DNA from: Podospora anserina
Lineage: Eukaryota
Length of the DNA stretch: 64,000 bases
NCBI GenBank assembly: GCA_017654855.1
Contig: CM030336.1
Span: forward strand, 3,224,001 to 3,288,000
Reading direction: 5' to 3'
Below, one piece after another: positions 47,682 through 60,177 of this stretch. Every line of letters begins with the position of its first letter. Positions within the stretch are counted from its first letter, which is position 1. A model generated the notes under the pieces. That model was given only the letters and a program-made list of their open reading frames with translations. It was not told the DNA's origin and did not search any database. The translations under genes and the position numbers were made by a program.

Positions 47682-48707
47682 ATGGTCGGGATCTATGACA
47701 GCGGGCCCTACGAGGACCCGTTCGCTTGGGCAGGGTCCGACCTGGAACTGGCCCTACTCGCCCAGCAGCAGCAGCAACAGCACCACCACCACCACAACCA
47801 GCACCTCGCCGACCAGCTTGCCCGGTCCACGCCCGAGGACCTCACCTTTCCCACCAGACCAGTTCACCACCCCCAACAACATCATGACTTTCAAATCCCG
47901 GTATCACCCATCGGAGGGATTCCAAAATCAGCAGCAGCAGCAGTCTCCCTCCCGCCGACAGACCAGGCCTACCTCTCCCTCCAAGACTTCGAAAACACCA
48001 CCATGACCGACGCCGGTGGTATCCAACCCTTTTCAGGCGACATGGACCTCGATCTCGACCTCGACCTAGTCGAAGCCCTCGGCATCCCACCCTTTCCCTC
48101 CTCAACCGAACCTCAGCCATCATCCATGACAGCAGACACCCTCAACACCCAACTAGAAACAGCCCGCACCCTCATCTCCACCCTCCAGGCCTCCCTCTCC
48201 AAAATCACGCGCGAGCGCGACCAGGCCCGCATGCAGCTCTCCACCGCCAGAAACGAGCTGTACACAGCCCGCCAAGTGGAAAAACGACTCCGGGTGGAAA
48301 GAGACGAGGCTCACACGGAGAGGAAGCAACTCAAGGGGCAGCTGGAAAGTCTGAAAAAAGAGAGGGCGATGGGCAAGATGAACGAGGGTAGGTTGAGGAA
48401 GGAGAGGAACGAGGCGAGGATGGCGTTGGTTTTCAAGGGGGTGGAGATTCTGCCTCATGCGGGGGCGAGGGGGATAAGGGTTTCTCATCATGGGGGCCAG
48501 ACGGGGTTGGGGGCTGTGGGGTTGGGGCCGGGGGAGAGGGATATGGATAGTATGGATGAGGTGGGGGGGAGTGAGGGTGTGAGGGAGGGGGTGGGGTTTT
48601 TTGGGGGGACGTCGACTGAGGAGAGCTCGCCTGCTGGTGGTGAGGAGGGGGGGGAGCAGGTTGGGGCGGGGTTGGTTCAACCTGACGGTGTGAAGAAGGG
48701 GAGTTGA
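47682..48707 (+). CDS. Hypothetical coiled-coil protein with polyQ/H tract
   Basis: 341-aa ORF with a heptad-rich middle (ERDQAR / ERDEAH / ERNEAR) and the typical compositional gradient. Confidence 0.65.
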   Translation: MVGIYDSGPYEDPFAWAGSDLELALLAQQQQQQHHHHHNQHLADQLARSTPEDLTFPTRPVHHPQQHHDFQIPVSPIGGIPKSAAAAVSLPPTDQAYLSLQDFENTTMTDAGGIQPFSGDMDLDLDLDLVEALGIPPFPSSTEPQPSSMTADTLNTQLETARTLISTLQASLSKITRERDQARMQLSTARNELYTARQVEKRLRVERDEAHTERKQLKGQLESLKKERAMGKMNEGRLRKERNEARMALVFKGVEILPHAGARGIRVSHHGGQTGLGAVGLGPGERDMDSMDEVGGSEGVREGVGFFGGTSTEESSPAGGEEGGEQVGAGLVQPDGVKKGS

Positions 48708-49132
48708 ACGGTTGTCTTGTCGGTTGGCTGGTGGATGTCTTGATATGGGTGTGTTGGCTTGGTTCATTGTGTTTGAGCTTACCTGGGTAGGGTTCGTGTA
48801 ACATCAACAGAATGACATTGTCGGAGTGATCTTTTAAAGCGTAAAGAAATCTTATGACAGCATGCATTCAAGGTTACCGTTTGGGCAATTGCCAAGCAGG
48901 TACTGTTGATAGGCTGTTTGCTCAGCCACCCAGCCCGCAATGCTGCCAGATACCACCAATCATTTGAGGCACAGCCCCGTTGGGCTGCTCTCCATTCATG
49001 TCACTGATGGATCTCTCTGCTGCCCCAGAAAGCAACTCTTCTCAACCCAACACTTATTATCGCTTTGTCAAACACAACGCGGCCATTGCTCCACGTTGAC
49101 ATCAAACATCTCCTGCCAATACAACCACAAAG

Positions 49133-50987
49133 ATGGCTCAAATTACGAGGACGGGTTCTCCAGGCGAAGTCTCAGACATTCTACCGCGATCCTCTACAAA
49201 TACCTACCAGTATTCTCCCTTTCCAAAGGACGCCGAAAAATCTTCGATACGTTTAATTCGACTTCTTCCAGGATACCCAAGCTCGCCTGTCGTTGTGGAG
49301 CTTGTAACAGTTCCACTGGATCCAGGCAAAATACCGTATTATGAGGCCGTCTCGTATGTCTGGGGGACTTCATACCAGCAGTACGAAATAGCGTGTGATG
49401 GTCTGTCCATGTCTGTTAGTGAAAGTGCTCTGTTGGCCTTGAGACGGTTTCGATTTGTTGATCATATCAGGTAGGTAGGTGTACCTCTATTTATGCTGGA
49501 AACCAAGGCTGATGTGACATGACACGCGTTCCAGGCTTCTCTGGATCGATCAGATATGCATCAACCAGCAAGACGACAAGGAGAAGTCCTCCCAAGTCAT
49601 GCTCATGGGCGAAATCTACGGAACTGCGAGCCAAGTCCTGGTCTATCTCGGGGAGGCCGACGACACAAGTGACAAAGCAATGGACTACATCTCTGAGCGA
49701 TGCGCACAGCAGGAGGAATGGCCTCGTCAGTTTGTGGTCCAGGTCTTGTCACGTCCCTGGTTTAGCAGGGTCTGGATTCTTCAAGAGGTTGCTCTTGCCC
49801 ATACATCACTGGTCATTTGTGGCGCCAAATGCGTGCCGTGGGCTTGTTTTCGCGAATGGTGGACACGAAACGAGTTGCTACTCGGGCCCGAGGTCAACCC
49901 GCCGCCTGTCTTGTCATACGGACTCAGTGTCATGAAGCGACTTACGCTTTTACAGCAGCTTCACGATACCCGACATAGCAAGGCCACTCTGGCTCTTGAC
50001 AAGATATACGCTCTCTTGGCGTTACTGCAGCCCGAAGACAGGATTGGGGTTCTCGTGGATTACAGTTTGTCAACGGCCGAGGTGTACACCTCGGTCGCCA
50101 AATCAATCATCGAACGGACCAAATCATTGGCCATCCTGTCCGGAAAAGAAGAAAAGCCCTACGTCGAACGGGAAAGGCTGCCGTCCTGGGTGCCAGACTG
50201 GGGTACCGTCCCCTCCGCCGTATCACTAGGGCTAGCCAACAAATACCTCGACCCCTTCGACGCCGGAGGAAAGCCAGCCTGTCGAGTAAACATCAGCATC
50301 CCCCCAAACGGGCCACCAACGCTACACTGCCTCGGCATTACCTTTGACACGGTCAAGAAGTTGACTCTTTCCACCATGCGTCCCGGCCAGGACGCAGCCA
50401 CCAACAACGTCGAAGTACTAACAGATTGGCTAGACCTCATAAGCGGATCTTCAAGCTCTGTCGTGTCGGAAACCGCCGATTATCTGATTGGCCAATTCAA
50501 CCAAAACCTCCGCGGCGTATCCTCATACTCCCGCAGCCCACCACAACCTCCAAAACTCGCCTATTCACTATGGACAACAATACAAGCCCTCTCCACTCCC
50601 ACCCTGCAGCTCGAGCCAGCTGAACTTCATGCAAGAAACAACCGCGGTGAACCCACCAGCGACACCCTAAAATTCTGTTACGAACGCAAGCTCTTCCTCA
50701 CCCAGAGCGGTGCGCTCGGACTGGGCCCCCCTGATCTTCTCCAAGGTGACACCGTCGCCGTGCTGCTTGGAGCACCAGTGCCCCATATCCTACGAAGGCT
50801 CCCATCATCAGAACAGAACAACTCCGCCAACGTGTATGCTCTCGTTGGCGAGTGTTTTGTCGACGGCATCATGGCCGGGGAGGCTCTCAACCACCTGCAG
50901 GATCAGCTCAAAGAGATGGGACATCGATGTCGTACGTTTGCAAAGAGCTGCTCCAACACCCCATTGGAGACCTTTTGTATCCAGTAA
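49133..50987 (+). CDS. HET-6-like heterokaryon incompatibility domain protein
   Basis: IRLIRLLPG, YEAVSYVWG, R|LLWIDQICINQ across intron 49471-49534, QVMLMGEIY, PWFSRVWILQEV, DKIYALL, LPSWVPDW, LVGECFVDGIMAGE. Confidence 0.92.
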
Positions 50988-51292
50988 TTTGTTAAGCTCT
51001 TTTTCTTTCTCTCTCACGTACGGTAAACACGGGACATTAAAATGAGACAAAAGAGGAAATAAACTCAAGACTCTTTCACTCTTATTCTTGATTGGCTTGA
51101 TGAGTGCCATCTACCACAATACATCATGCAGGTAGCTAATCCTGACAAGGTTTACTTCAACAATAAGCTACAAAATTCCGCCTTCCCTCAACCCCCAATC
51201 TCAATAACCATCCCAGGCCAGTATCGTGGCCACAAAAAAAACAGCAATAATCGTACACTCGCCGGATTCTTTCTCTATTTGCCCAAGAAGCT

Positions 51293-52915
51293 TCACCATC
51301 CATCAAGCCAAACATCCTCAGCGGATGTCCACTGCTGGTCTCCGGATGCTGTCGGCCAAGGCTCAGATATCGTCGTCTCAGCCCCCGCAGCCCCCACGCC
51401 CGTATTATTCGACAACGTCTCCACCTCAGCCTCCCCCGTATCCGAATACCGCTGGCTCATCTTGACATTAGTGAGCGGCGACTCCCCCCGCAAAACATCC
51501 GATCGAATCTCCTCAGCCGACCGAGCCGGGATGTAGTCCCGCCAATCGAGCCCAAACTTCTTCTCGCGCCTGCCGTTGAACCGAGCCAAAACTGCCCCCA
51601 GCTCATCGTCCGTCTCTGTCCCCTTGACATGTGCGAACCTGAGCACAGGCTTCCTTTTCTTTTCGTCTTGCTCTGTGGCGACTTGCAAGGCTTTCCAGCA
51701 CTGAAATATCCCATAGAGAAAGCTGTTGGTTTCTTGCAGACCGCGGAAAACGGCGACACCGTCATCGAGAGACTCGGGTGTGTCGGCCCCCGAGACGGAA
51801 GGGGCGGGACTGTCTAGGCTCGAAGCTGACGCATTCGCCAAAGTCCCAGAATTGAGACTGGTTTGTTGAAGGAGACCCTCGACGTGTGTCAAACTTTGGG
51901 CGTGGCCATCATTTTGGTTGCCAGCCGGATGTGGAGGAACTGGAGGGGCGGCAGTGTTGGGGGTGTGGCTGGTGTGGGTGGTTGAACTATCGTGGTTCCA
52001 TGGCTGATATTTCTCGCGGTCCGAGCACGAGGCGGCAAACGCCTCCATCTCCTCGTCGGTCCAGAAGCGAATCAAGTTGTAGGGCACCTCAGAGGCTTGG
52101 GCCCAGCGCTGGTTTTCATGGTGCGCAACGTCTTTGGCGACACGGCCCAAGAAGCCGCTGGTTGACAGGCTGGGGCAGCGACCTGGCTTGCACAGGGCCG
52201 GGAGAGCGAAGACCTTCATGCTGATGGGAAGAAGGAGGACGACCTCCTCGACCGTTTTCAACAAATTGTTGCTCATGCTAAGGTTTTCAAACATTGGCCG
52301 ATTGAAGCGTGAGCAGAGGATAGTTGCCGGGACCATGACCTTTCGAACTCCGTGGACATATGACTGAGCATCGACCGAGCTCATACGCAGCACCCCGATG
52401 GCATGGCCGGTAAAGAGAAGGTAGTCGCGATCAATGTGAACATGGTTGTGGAGGGGGCTCTTGAAGCGTTCATCAGCAGAGCGACTTGACCGCCATGGGA
52501 ACGCCCGACGGTTCCGGGTGTCTCGTTCAGTGGGAAGAAAGTGAAGCTCCTGGGGAGTATCCGCGTAAAACTGGTGGTTCTCCTCGTGGACCCTGCAGTC
52601 GGCCAGACATCTGAGAGCGACCTCACGACTCTTGACGCATGTCTGGGCCAAGACACGAGCCGAATGGATTTCTCGGGCCGGTGGTAGGAAGGTGGAGACC
52701 GGGATGATGCGAGGGACCTCATTGACCTCAAGTTCCATCGCCATCTCCCAGACCATAACTTGGAGCTCGTCCGGGAGCTCTGGGAAGCGGGTAAATCGCC
52801 AAGCCGGGACGCTGGGGACCATGGCATCCATGTACAGGCGCAGATATTTATACGGGCCGTTTTGCGTGCCCGGCAGTGGCTGATCATGCATGTTGGTGGG
52901 TTGTGGTGATGCCAT
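51293..52915 (-). CDS. 2EXR-domain protein
   Basis: FTRFPELPDELQVMVWEMA followed by LAQTCVKSREVAL, typical of the 2EXR family. Confidence 0.75.
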   Translation of the reverse strand: MASPQPTNMHDQPLPGTQNGPYKYLRLYMDAMVPSVPAWRFTRFPELPDELQVMVWEMAMELEVNEVPRIIPVSTFLPPAREIHSARVLAQTCVKSREVALRCLADCRVHEENHQFYADTPQELHFLPTERDTRNRRAFPWRSSRSADERFKSPLHNHVHIDRDYLLFTGHAIGVLRMSSVDAQSYVHGVRKVMVPATILCSRFNRPMFENLSMSNNLLKTVEEVVLLLPISMKVFALPALCKPGRCPSLSTSGFLGRVAKDVAHHENQRWAQASEVPYNLIRFWTDEEMEAFAASCSDREKYQPWNHDSSTTHTSHTPNTAAPPVPPHPAGNQNDGHAQSLTHVEGLLQQTSLNSGTLANASASSLDSPAPSVSGADTPESLDDGVAVFRGLQETNSFLYGIFQCWKALQVATEQDEKKRKPVLRFAHVKGTETDDELGAVLARFNGRREKKFGLDWRDYIPARSAEEIRSDVLRGESPLTNVKMSQRYSDTGEAEVETLSNNTGVGAAGAETTISEPWPTASGDQQWTSAEDVWLDGW

Positions 52916-54212
52916 TGTTATCTCTGGCGGATGGCGGATGGCAGATGGAGAGGTGGTGATCCGGGAACTGGGCGTGTTTGGTTTCGTCTGGTTCGATTGT
53001 GGGTGAAAAATGAAAAGCGACGATGCCGAGCTAAAGCGGCAACCGGGACCGCAAGAGGGAGAGAAGGTGACGCAACGTCAAAACAGCAGGCCACAGCAGA
53101 GCAGGGCAGGGTAATGGTAGACCGTAGGGAAGGCGATAAAGCGAATTCGTCGTAGTCGAGTAAGGTAGCCTCCTCTCATTGCCGAATTCTCCCGAGTTAG
53201 TCAAGTGTTGATATGGCCCGGTTTGCGTTGCTCAGACAGGCCACAGGTTGTCTGGTGTCCCGTGATTGCATCAAAAAGCTTGGCGGTCGGGCCGACGATC
53301 TGCGGAGAACAATGGGGATGGGACCCGCGGGTGCTCCGCTTTGCACCGGTTGCAATCATGCAAGGACATCGACATGGTATTCTTGGCGGGCAGTCTGGAA
53401 CAGCAATGATGAGGAAGAGAGATGCAATTATTTCACGGAAGAAAGGAGGACGGGACACGGAAAAGAAAGATAAGATAACCAATGCACCATTCGCCAAACC
53501 ACGTGCATGTGGGTGATCCGTGCAGTGTTCCACAGGGCTGCTCAGATCTCACATCCGCCCCACCTCACTGAAGAAAGGCTCTACACATCTTCTTCTAGGC
53601 TTCCAGGTTCTCACACATTCATGAGACAAGCTGAAATGGGTCTTGTTCTGCTTTGTTTACTTGTATTTTGATATATCACGACCGAGAATAAAGATTATAT
53701 CAGTCACGTCATAAACCTCACCTCCTCAGAGCCTACTCTCCCTCAGCCGCAGCCCTACACAGTGTTTCACAAGTCTCGATTGGCTGTCCTTGTTGCCGGA
53801 TAGCATTCAAAAAAACTCAGCCCCCTCCAAGCCCCAGGTAAAATCGGGACTGCTGCGGCACAGCGCCAGAAGCAAGCCCAGTCAATGCCTTCAACCTCGA
53901 ACTCTCGCATTTCAACCGTCGCACCCACCTGTTGCGCTGCATACGCTCCCAAATTAAGCATACTCTATCCCGCGCAAACCAGGCCCCCAGAGAATGTGGC
54001 GTCACAGAGGTCGTTACTGCGGTCCCATCCCGCTTGGGGCCGGCGCCGAGTCAAAATGATAAGCTTCCAGCTCCCAGGAGAGACATTTGGCTACCGTCTT
54101 TTGCTTCCCCAAGCCTAAGCTCCCAACTAAAACACCAGGCTGTACTCATGTGTGGCATCTTTCATCTCAACCCAACCCAACACCAGACAGGTGAACTCGC
54201 GCCATCACCGGC

Positions 54213-56008
54213 ATGGAGAACCCCACACTCTACAACCCAACCAGCATTACCCACCTCTCCAACCTCAGCATATCTTACCTTGCAGATGTGCTTCTCGCCA
54301 AAGGCAACAATGCCACCCGCGACGGCTTCGGCTGCCGCCCCGCCTCCTTGATCCTTCCGCTTGACAATTTATCCATTTTGGAGCTCGAACCCAACCCTGA
54401 TATCCACATGAACCTCACCGTGGGGGTCAATCCAACCCAGCTTGATCCCGGGGTCTCTCAGCTGAGGGATATGGCGAGGGGTCTTTTTCCTTATCCTCTG
54501 AATGAGTCTGGCGTCGGAGATGTCGTTAACTGGTGGACTGACAACACCGAAAACCACCCAGCTGACACCAAGCGGTTCTTGGGCGCTGTGGTCAACATGT
54601 GTGGAGGAGAGTACTGCCGCTCAGGAAAAGTCACTGTCGGCAACCCAGATATTGTCGGGATAGGGGTATGTTCCTTGCCCAACATCATCGCTTAGCACCC
54701 TGACTGACATCACCACAGATGATAGTAGCCATAGGAATGCTCCTCTGCCTCACCGTTGCCTTCTCCCTCTTATCCTTCGGCCCTTTGATCGACGTCGTTG
54801 CCCGCGCCCCTTACACCACCCGCAAAACCCGCTTCTCCCTCCGCGTCTCCTGCATCGGCACCGTCGACGAGCTCTTCTCGGCCGTGTTCGTCTTTGCCCT
54901 GGCCGTCATAGTCTCAACGTTTGTCTTTCGGTACCGAACCGACACCCGCTTCGATGCGCTCATGGCCAACGCGCTAAGCCAGCTCTGCAGCACCACTGTC
55001 ATCATGCTCGCCGCGGCGTACTGGTGTCACAACCAGCAACGGCCGCACGCCACCGGGTCGGTGTTTCTCATTGCCGTCCTCACCATCGCCCTGTATGTCA
55101 CCCATGCAGGAGTTGCAAACATGAGGGCGAGTGAAGCCGAGATGGCATGCGGCATAGGCAAACAGAGGGTCAGTCTTATGAAAGGCGACCCCTTTGACAT
55201 GGAGAAATTCCACTTTGTTCCCGTGGGCTTTGGGAGCTGGTTTCTGGCCTTGATTGGTGCCGTGTTTCACCACCCGTGGATGAATAGGTTCAGGCCGACC
55301 AAGGACCACAAGATGATTTGGAGGATCCTGTGGAAGACGGTGGGCAGCTTCCCTACCGTGTTCGGCCTGATTGGACTGGCCGTATACATGGCGTATTTTA
55401 TGAATACGTGGCAGCTGATGAAGGAGAATTACGGAAAGACTTTTAGTCAGAATGTCAAAGAGTGGGGTTTTGGACAGTATCTGGCTGTGTTTACCTGGGT
55501 GCCGCCGATTCTGACGTTTGGGCACTTGTTTATCTCTGGGATGGAGAAGGCGATTGAGCAGAGGTTGCCGTATGGATGGACGGCCGTTAAACTCCACGGT
55601 TCAGTCGACTACCGCGGTGATGATGGGAAGGATGATGATCAGGGGGGGAGTAATTGGACAGGAAGTCGGAGCTCGCGAAGTCGCGTGCGGGAGGTGGACA
55701 GTTTGGCACAGAGGCACGAGATGGGGGAATTGTTGAACGCATCACCAAAGATGAAGACAGCGACGCCGCAGGAGATGATTTACCCATTTCCCGAACAGAG
55801 GCCGGGGCAAGTGGCGAGTCCGATCATCCCGTTTCCAGAGGGTCCTGGGCAGATGCCAACAGCATATACGCCAGGGAGTTTGTATGATCCAGCGCATCCT
55901 CAAGGGTCCCCGAGATTCGTATATAACAATGGGGCGGGTCTGGAAGCAAACACGGGGTATCCTGCCACGCCTCCTGACGCGCCTGGCTATCATGAGCCAC
56001 GGCATTGA
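54213..56008 (+). CDS. Hypothetical polytopic membrane protein
   Basis: GNPDIVGIG|MIVA across intron 54666-54718; about 7 hydrophobic helices; WGFGQYLAV motif; Pro-rich tail. Confidence 0.75.
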
Positions 56009-56156
56009 TGTACGACTACTGTATTGGTGTTATCATTATTGGGTATACCCGGTTGGAGACAGGAGTCTGGAAAGAAGGGGGCATATGCCAAGATTTTGCT
56101 AGATTTTACCAAGAGATCCTACTACATTTCACTCTACCACCACACCCCTAGGCTGT

Positions 56157-57905
56157 CTACTCATGCAACCTCCAATAATACTCCCCCACGTGCTTCCCAT
56201 CCAGCACCCGTTTAAAAATCTCATGATTAAACTTGGACACCGAATCCGGTCCTGCCCCAGGCGGGTCCCACACGGCAAACACCACATCGGTCCACCAATC
56301 CACCGCAAACTCATCCTCCCTCAACACCTCCAACCAGCACAACGCCACATCCTCGGCCGGGTTCTTGTACCTCCTCCCGCACCCCACCGCCCCAAGAACC
56401 AACCTAGTATGCCTGTGCATCCCCGCCACCCTCAGCGTCAACCTCATCCTCATCTTGAGCCTTTCTCTGTCAGTATACCGATGAAAAGCCTGCTTCGGCC
56501 TCGTCCTCCCCAGCTCAGCAGGCACCATGTAGGTTTTTGTCTCGGGCCGGTACTGCGCCCCCATCGTGATGGCCGCCACCACGGGCAAATTCTCGGGGTG
56601 GTCCAGATCGAGGAAGCGATCGGACGTGTCCCGACGAACAACTTGAACGTACGGACTGTAGAGCACAGAGGTGTTCATTCCCACCGGGTGCCGCCCCCGT
56701 TCTAGACTCATCCCGAGAGAAGTCCTATAGCACAGACTCTCGCTCTGGGAGAAATCCCCGTGTCTACTACCCCGCCTCTCGTTCCCAGAGGGGTGGTCGA
56801 CGTCGCTAAAGTTGAGGATTAATGGCCTGAACCGGACTGGCTGTCCGTCTTTGGGGAGGGGGGGTGGGTCCCGCTCGGGGAGGGAGAGGGCCGCTTCTAG
56901 GGTGTCCATGTTGACTACTTTGACGGTTACTTGTGGGTTTTTGGCCGGGCGGATGGAGGGGTCGAGGCGGGTGGTGTTGGTGAAGTCGAATTGTTCGCAT
57001 GTTTGGGCGTGCGAGGTGCGGCCGAGGCGGGTGAGGATGGAGGGGAGGACGCGGCGGATTTCGGGGCTGAGGGCGGTGAGGTGGGCGCGGAGGATGGGGT
57101 TGATGGAGGGGTCGATTTGGGGCGGGGGCTCGAGGGGGGGGAGGGGGGATCTGACTTGTTTGGCGGGGGAGGAGGGGGGACCGCGACCGCGGCCGCGACT
57201 TGGACCTGGACCCGCGGGAACAGAGGGCTCGGAGGGTTCAGAGTAGTCGGTTACTGACTCTACGTAGGGGGCTGGGGTGCGAGGGCCGCGGGGTCGGAGG
57301 GGTGCCACGGGGGGTGCGGGGGGGCAGGTTGAGGTAGGGGACTGGTGGTGCTGGACGGTAATCCTGTGGAGGAGGGTAGGTCACCGGGCGGGACGAAGGG
57401 GCAGGGCGAGTAGGTCTTGGAAGCGCAGGGAGGGATTGAGGTCTAAGTCCTGGAGCTGGAGGCGAACGTCTCATTGTTGGAGGTGACCGTCTAATTGTTG
57501 GAGGCGAACGTCGATCGCCGTAAACAGGATCAGTTTTGCTAATAGGGACAGGACGTCTCGCAATCAGAGGAGGTCTGCCAGAAGGGAGAGGTGGTCTCCT
57601 ATTGGAACCCTCAGCTCTGGCAGGGGAAGGAGCAGGTCTTGGACCCATAGGCAAGGCGTAAATATCAATTGCTGATGGTAGCATGCGGTGAGGCCCCCGC
57701 CGACGCGCCTTTGGCGTTGCCATCTCCCGGGAGGGTTGTAATCAACCGGTTGAGGTACCCTGGGGTTAACATGATATCTGCGTCTGGCCTCGCCTGGGTT
57801 CAGCCTATGATCCCAGCCATCTGGCTCCTGCCGGTCCTGTGGCACGCTATCACCTCTGAAGCTGCCAAAGACCCTCCTAATCGTGCTGAAGGGAGATAAA
57901 ACCAT
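56157..57905 (-). CDS. TIGR02452/DUF2263 (microbial PARG-like macrodomain) protein with Pro/Arg-rich N-terminus; frameshifted as sequenced
   Basis: VKVVNMDTLEAA, PLILNFSD, QSESLCYRTSL, LYSPYVQV, LVLGAVGCG..Y.NP..DVA, VVFAVWD; the upstream part lies in a different frame, so the start is uncertain. Confidence 0.7.
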
Positions 57906-58482
57906 TATAAATTATGTGTACCCGAACAGCCGGCGATGACCGTCTTTTGCAACTGAGGTCGTTAAAACATGTTCAGTGAAAGGAATTGTCTAGCCTTGGG
58001 CCGAGGGGCCCGTCAGTATCTTTCAAGTGCCAGCACAAAGACACTCGAGGTATGGTGAAAGGAAAACCATGTCCAAGAACAGCCACAAAAACACAATGTG
58101 TGGGCCCTCTGAACTTTCTGGGTCGGAAGCTCCTCAAACAATGCTGCCAGTTTGGGAATCTCTAGTAAGTGAGTCTTTGTTCAATCATGCCCGACAGCCA
58201 CTTGGCGACAGCCACCAGAATTCACATATCGAGGTGGGGAGTTGAGGTAGTCGGTGTTAGTAGTCCACCTAGGTTCTTGTTTCATTATGCATTAGAGCAA
58301 GCTCTATGAAACTCGGAGGGCTCACTTAGGTACAATTATTCAACATTTCACCGTCAAATCCGTAACGATTAAAACTCAAGCCCAGTGTATTTGGTCAGAG
58401 ACTAGCGAGATCAACTCCTGTTGCCAAGTCCCAGGAACACTCCGGTATCCCTAGTACCTATGTCGTGGATAACGAGCTGTAA

Positions 58483-59218
58483 TCAGCAGACATCCCCACG
58501 AACAAGAACATTCCAATGGTCATCGTAGCTGCCGCGCCCCTTGGAATCGTGACCCCGGTTAGTCTTACACGCTTCGTTTACAGCTGATGCGCCATCAGCG
58601 ATATCATTCCACGTGAGCTCCTTCTCGACGGTATCCTGTTCCTGATTAGCAGATATCAAAGGTAGGAATCTGGGCCATGGACAACATACATCATTGCACC
58701 AATAGATGGCCGAGTTCCAAGAACAGCTAACACGCCCGCAATTGTTTGGGCCTGGGCCGTTCTTCGGCTTGCCAGTGATACTACGCAGGTAGTTGATACC
58801 CCACACGATGGTAACCTTGCCTGCGTACTTGTAGTCCACGTTACAGTCGATGTCGTCCGGGTCGTCAAGGTTGGCCGTGGAGTCCAAGCTGGCACTATCG
58901 CCTGGGGGAGGAGTCACCCGGGCCTGGAAGGTGGCGTTCCAGCCGGGGTAGCTGGCGTCCATCTGGGCGATGGCATCCTGAATAGTGCCGGTCACTGTAA
59001 CGGTGGCGCCAGTGGGGTCGTCGAGGTTGACGGGAAGGTCCCAGGAGATCGGGACTATGCCGTAGCCCGAGACGGAGCCCGGCTGTTCATCGAGGGAGGT
59101 GGGAGCGGTATGAACAGCCTGTAAGACATGTTAACTGGTGAACTGTATTCATATCGCCTAGAGAACTTACGCTGATCAGCGCCAGAAAACCGGCGAAGAT
59201 GGTGGAAATGGTCAACAT
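58483..59218 (-). CDS. Small secreted Cys-rich protein, paralog A
   Basis: Signal peptide MLTISTIFAGFLALIS|AVHT; introns 59119-59170 and about 58636-58689; GPGPNNCGRVSCSWNSAIYWCND. Confidence 0.85.
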
Positions 59219-60177
59219 TGTGTCCGAGTGTTCAAGTTGTAGATTTGTGGCTGTTGGTTGTTGTTTGTCGATGGTAGTGTGGAAGTGCGCTTAAGTGCGG
59301 TAGTGGAAAAGAAAAAGGGCGAAGGAGGGTAGAAAGGCAAGTACATATACAGTTGAGGAGAGAGTTGACGAGTCGGTGGGAGTACTTCGGTCGGCCCCAG
59401 AACTCCACCACTGCTCTTCAGACGATGCCTTAGGCGGAGTTCATATGACCGGCACCCGATCTTTCCGGAGCAGATACGCCGCTTCGTTACCCCACTTGGA
59501 GCCACAAACCCCCTGATATGCCTTTGTTGACTGTTGTGCTGGTGCTCTTGATCTGGGTCTAATGACACCCACATTGCCCCAACGGTGAGCTCATGGTTCC
59601 CGCCGTATGGGGCAGGAGTACCGGGACTACGTAACAGGAGCAACCAGCGCTGCACGCCTGTGTGTTTACCGGGTATCTTGCTCTACAAGTGGGCCTTCAG
59701 TCCTACCAGTTGACTGTCCATTGCATCACTCTCAACAAGATATACACCTGCGAGGGAGTCATGTAACGGGGGAGACGGTTGCAATTGGTGGGTTGACAAC
59801 TTCGAGATTCTTGTTATATGGTACTTTATATAGGGTCTCGCTGGCTACTTGGTGTGACCGCCATTGTGAGTGATATTTGACTATAGTGATGGTAATGTCA
59901 GTGGTGCATAAGGTATGGCGTAAGAGGGCCATGCACAAATATAGCTGGATGATGTACACGTGGCAATTGCCTTAGGGATAGCTTCAATAAGTAGGTAGGT
60001 ATAATCGCCTTTCGATTCCTCGGGCTTCATATGCTATTTAACAGCTTTTCAATTTCTTACATGTTTCACTTGCCCGTAACTCAGTGTATTCGGTCACAGA
60101 CCAACGAGATAAATTCCTGCTACAGTCCCTTATAGAGTCCTCCAACTATCCCTAATGTTGCCGACAACTTGCTGCAT

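Noticed and set aside
43726..50987. NLR or amyloid-signalling (HET-s-type) locus
   Set aside because: No P-loop NACHT/NB-ARC, no WD/ANK/TPR repeats and no recognisable amyloid motif in the window
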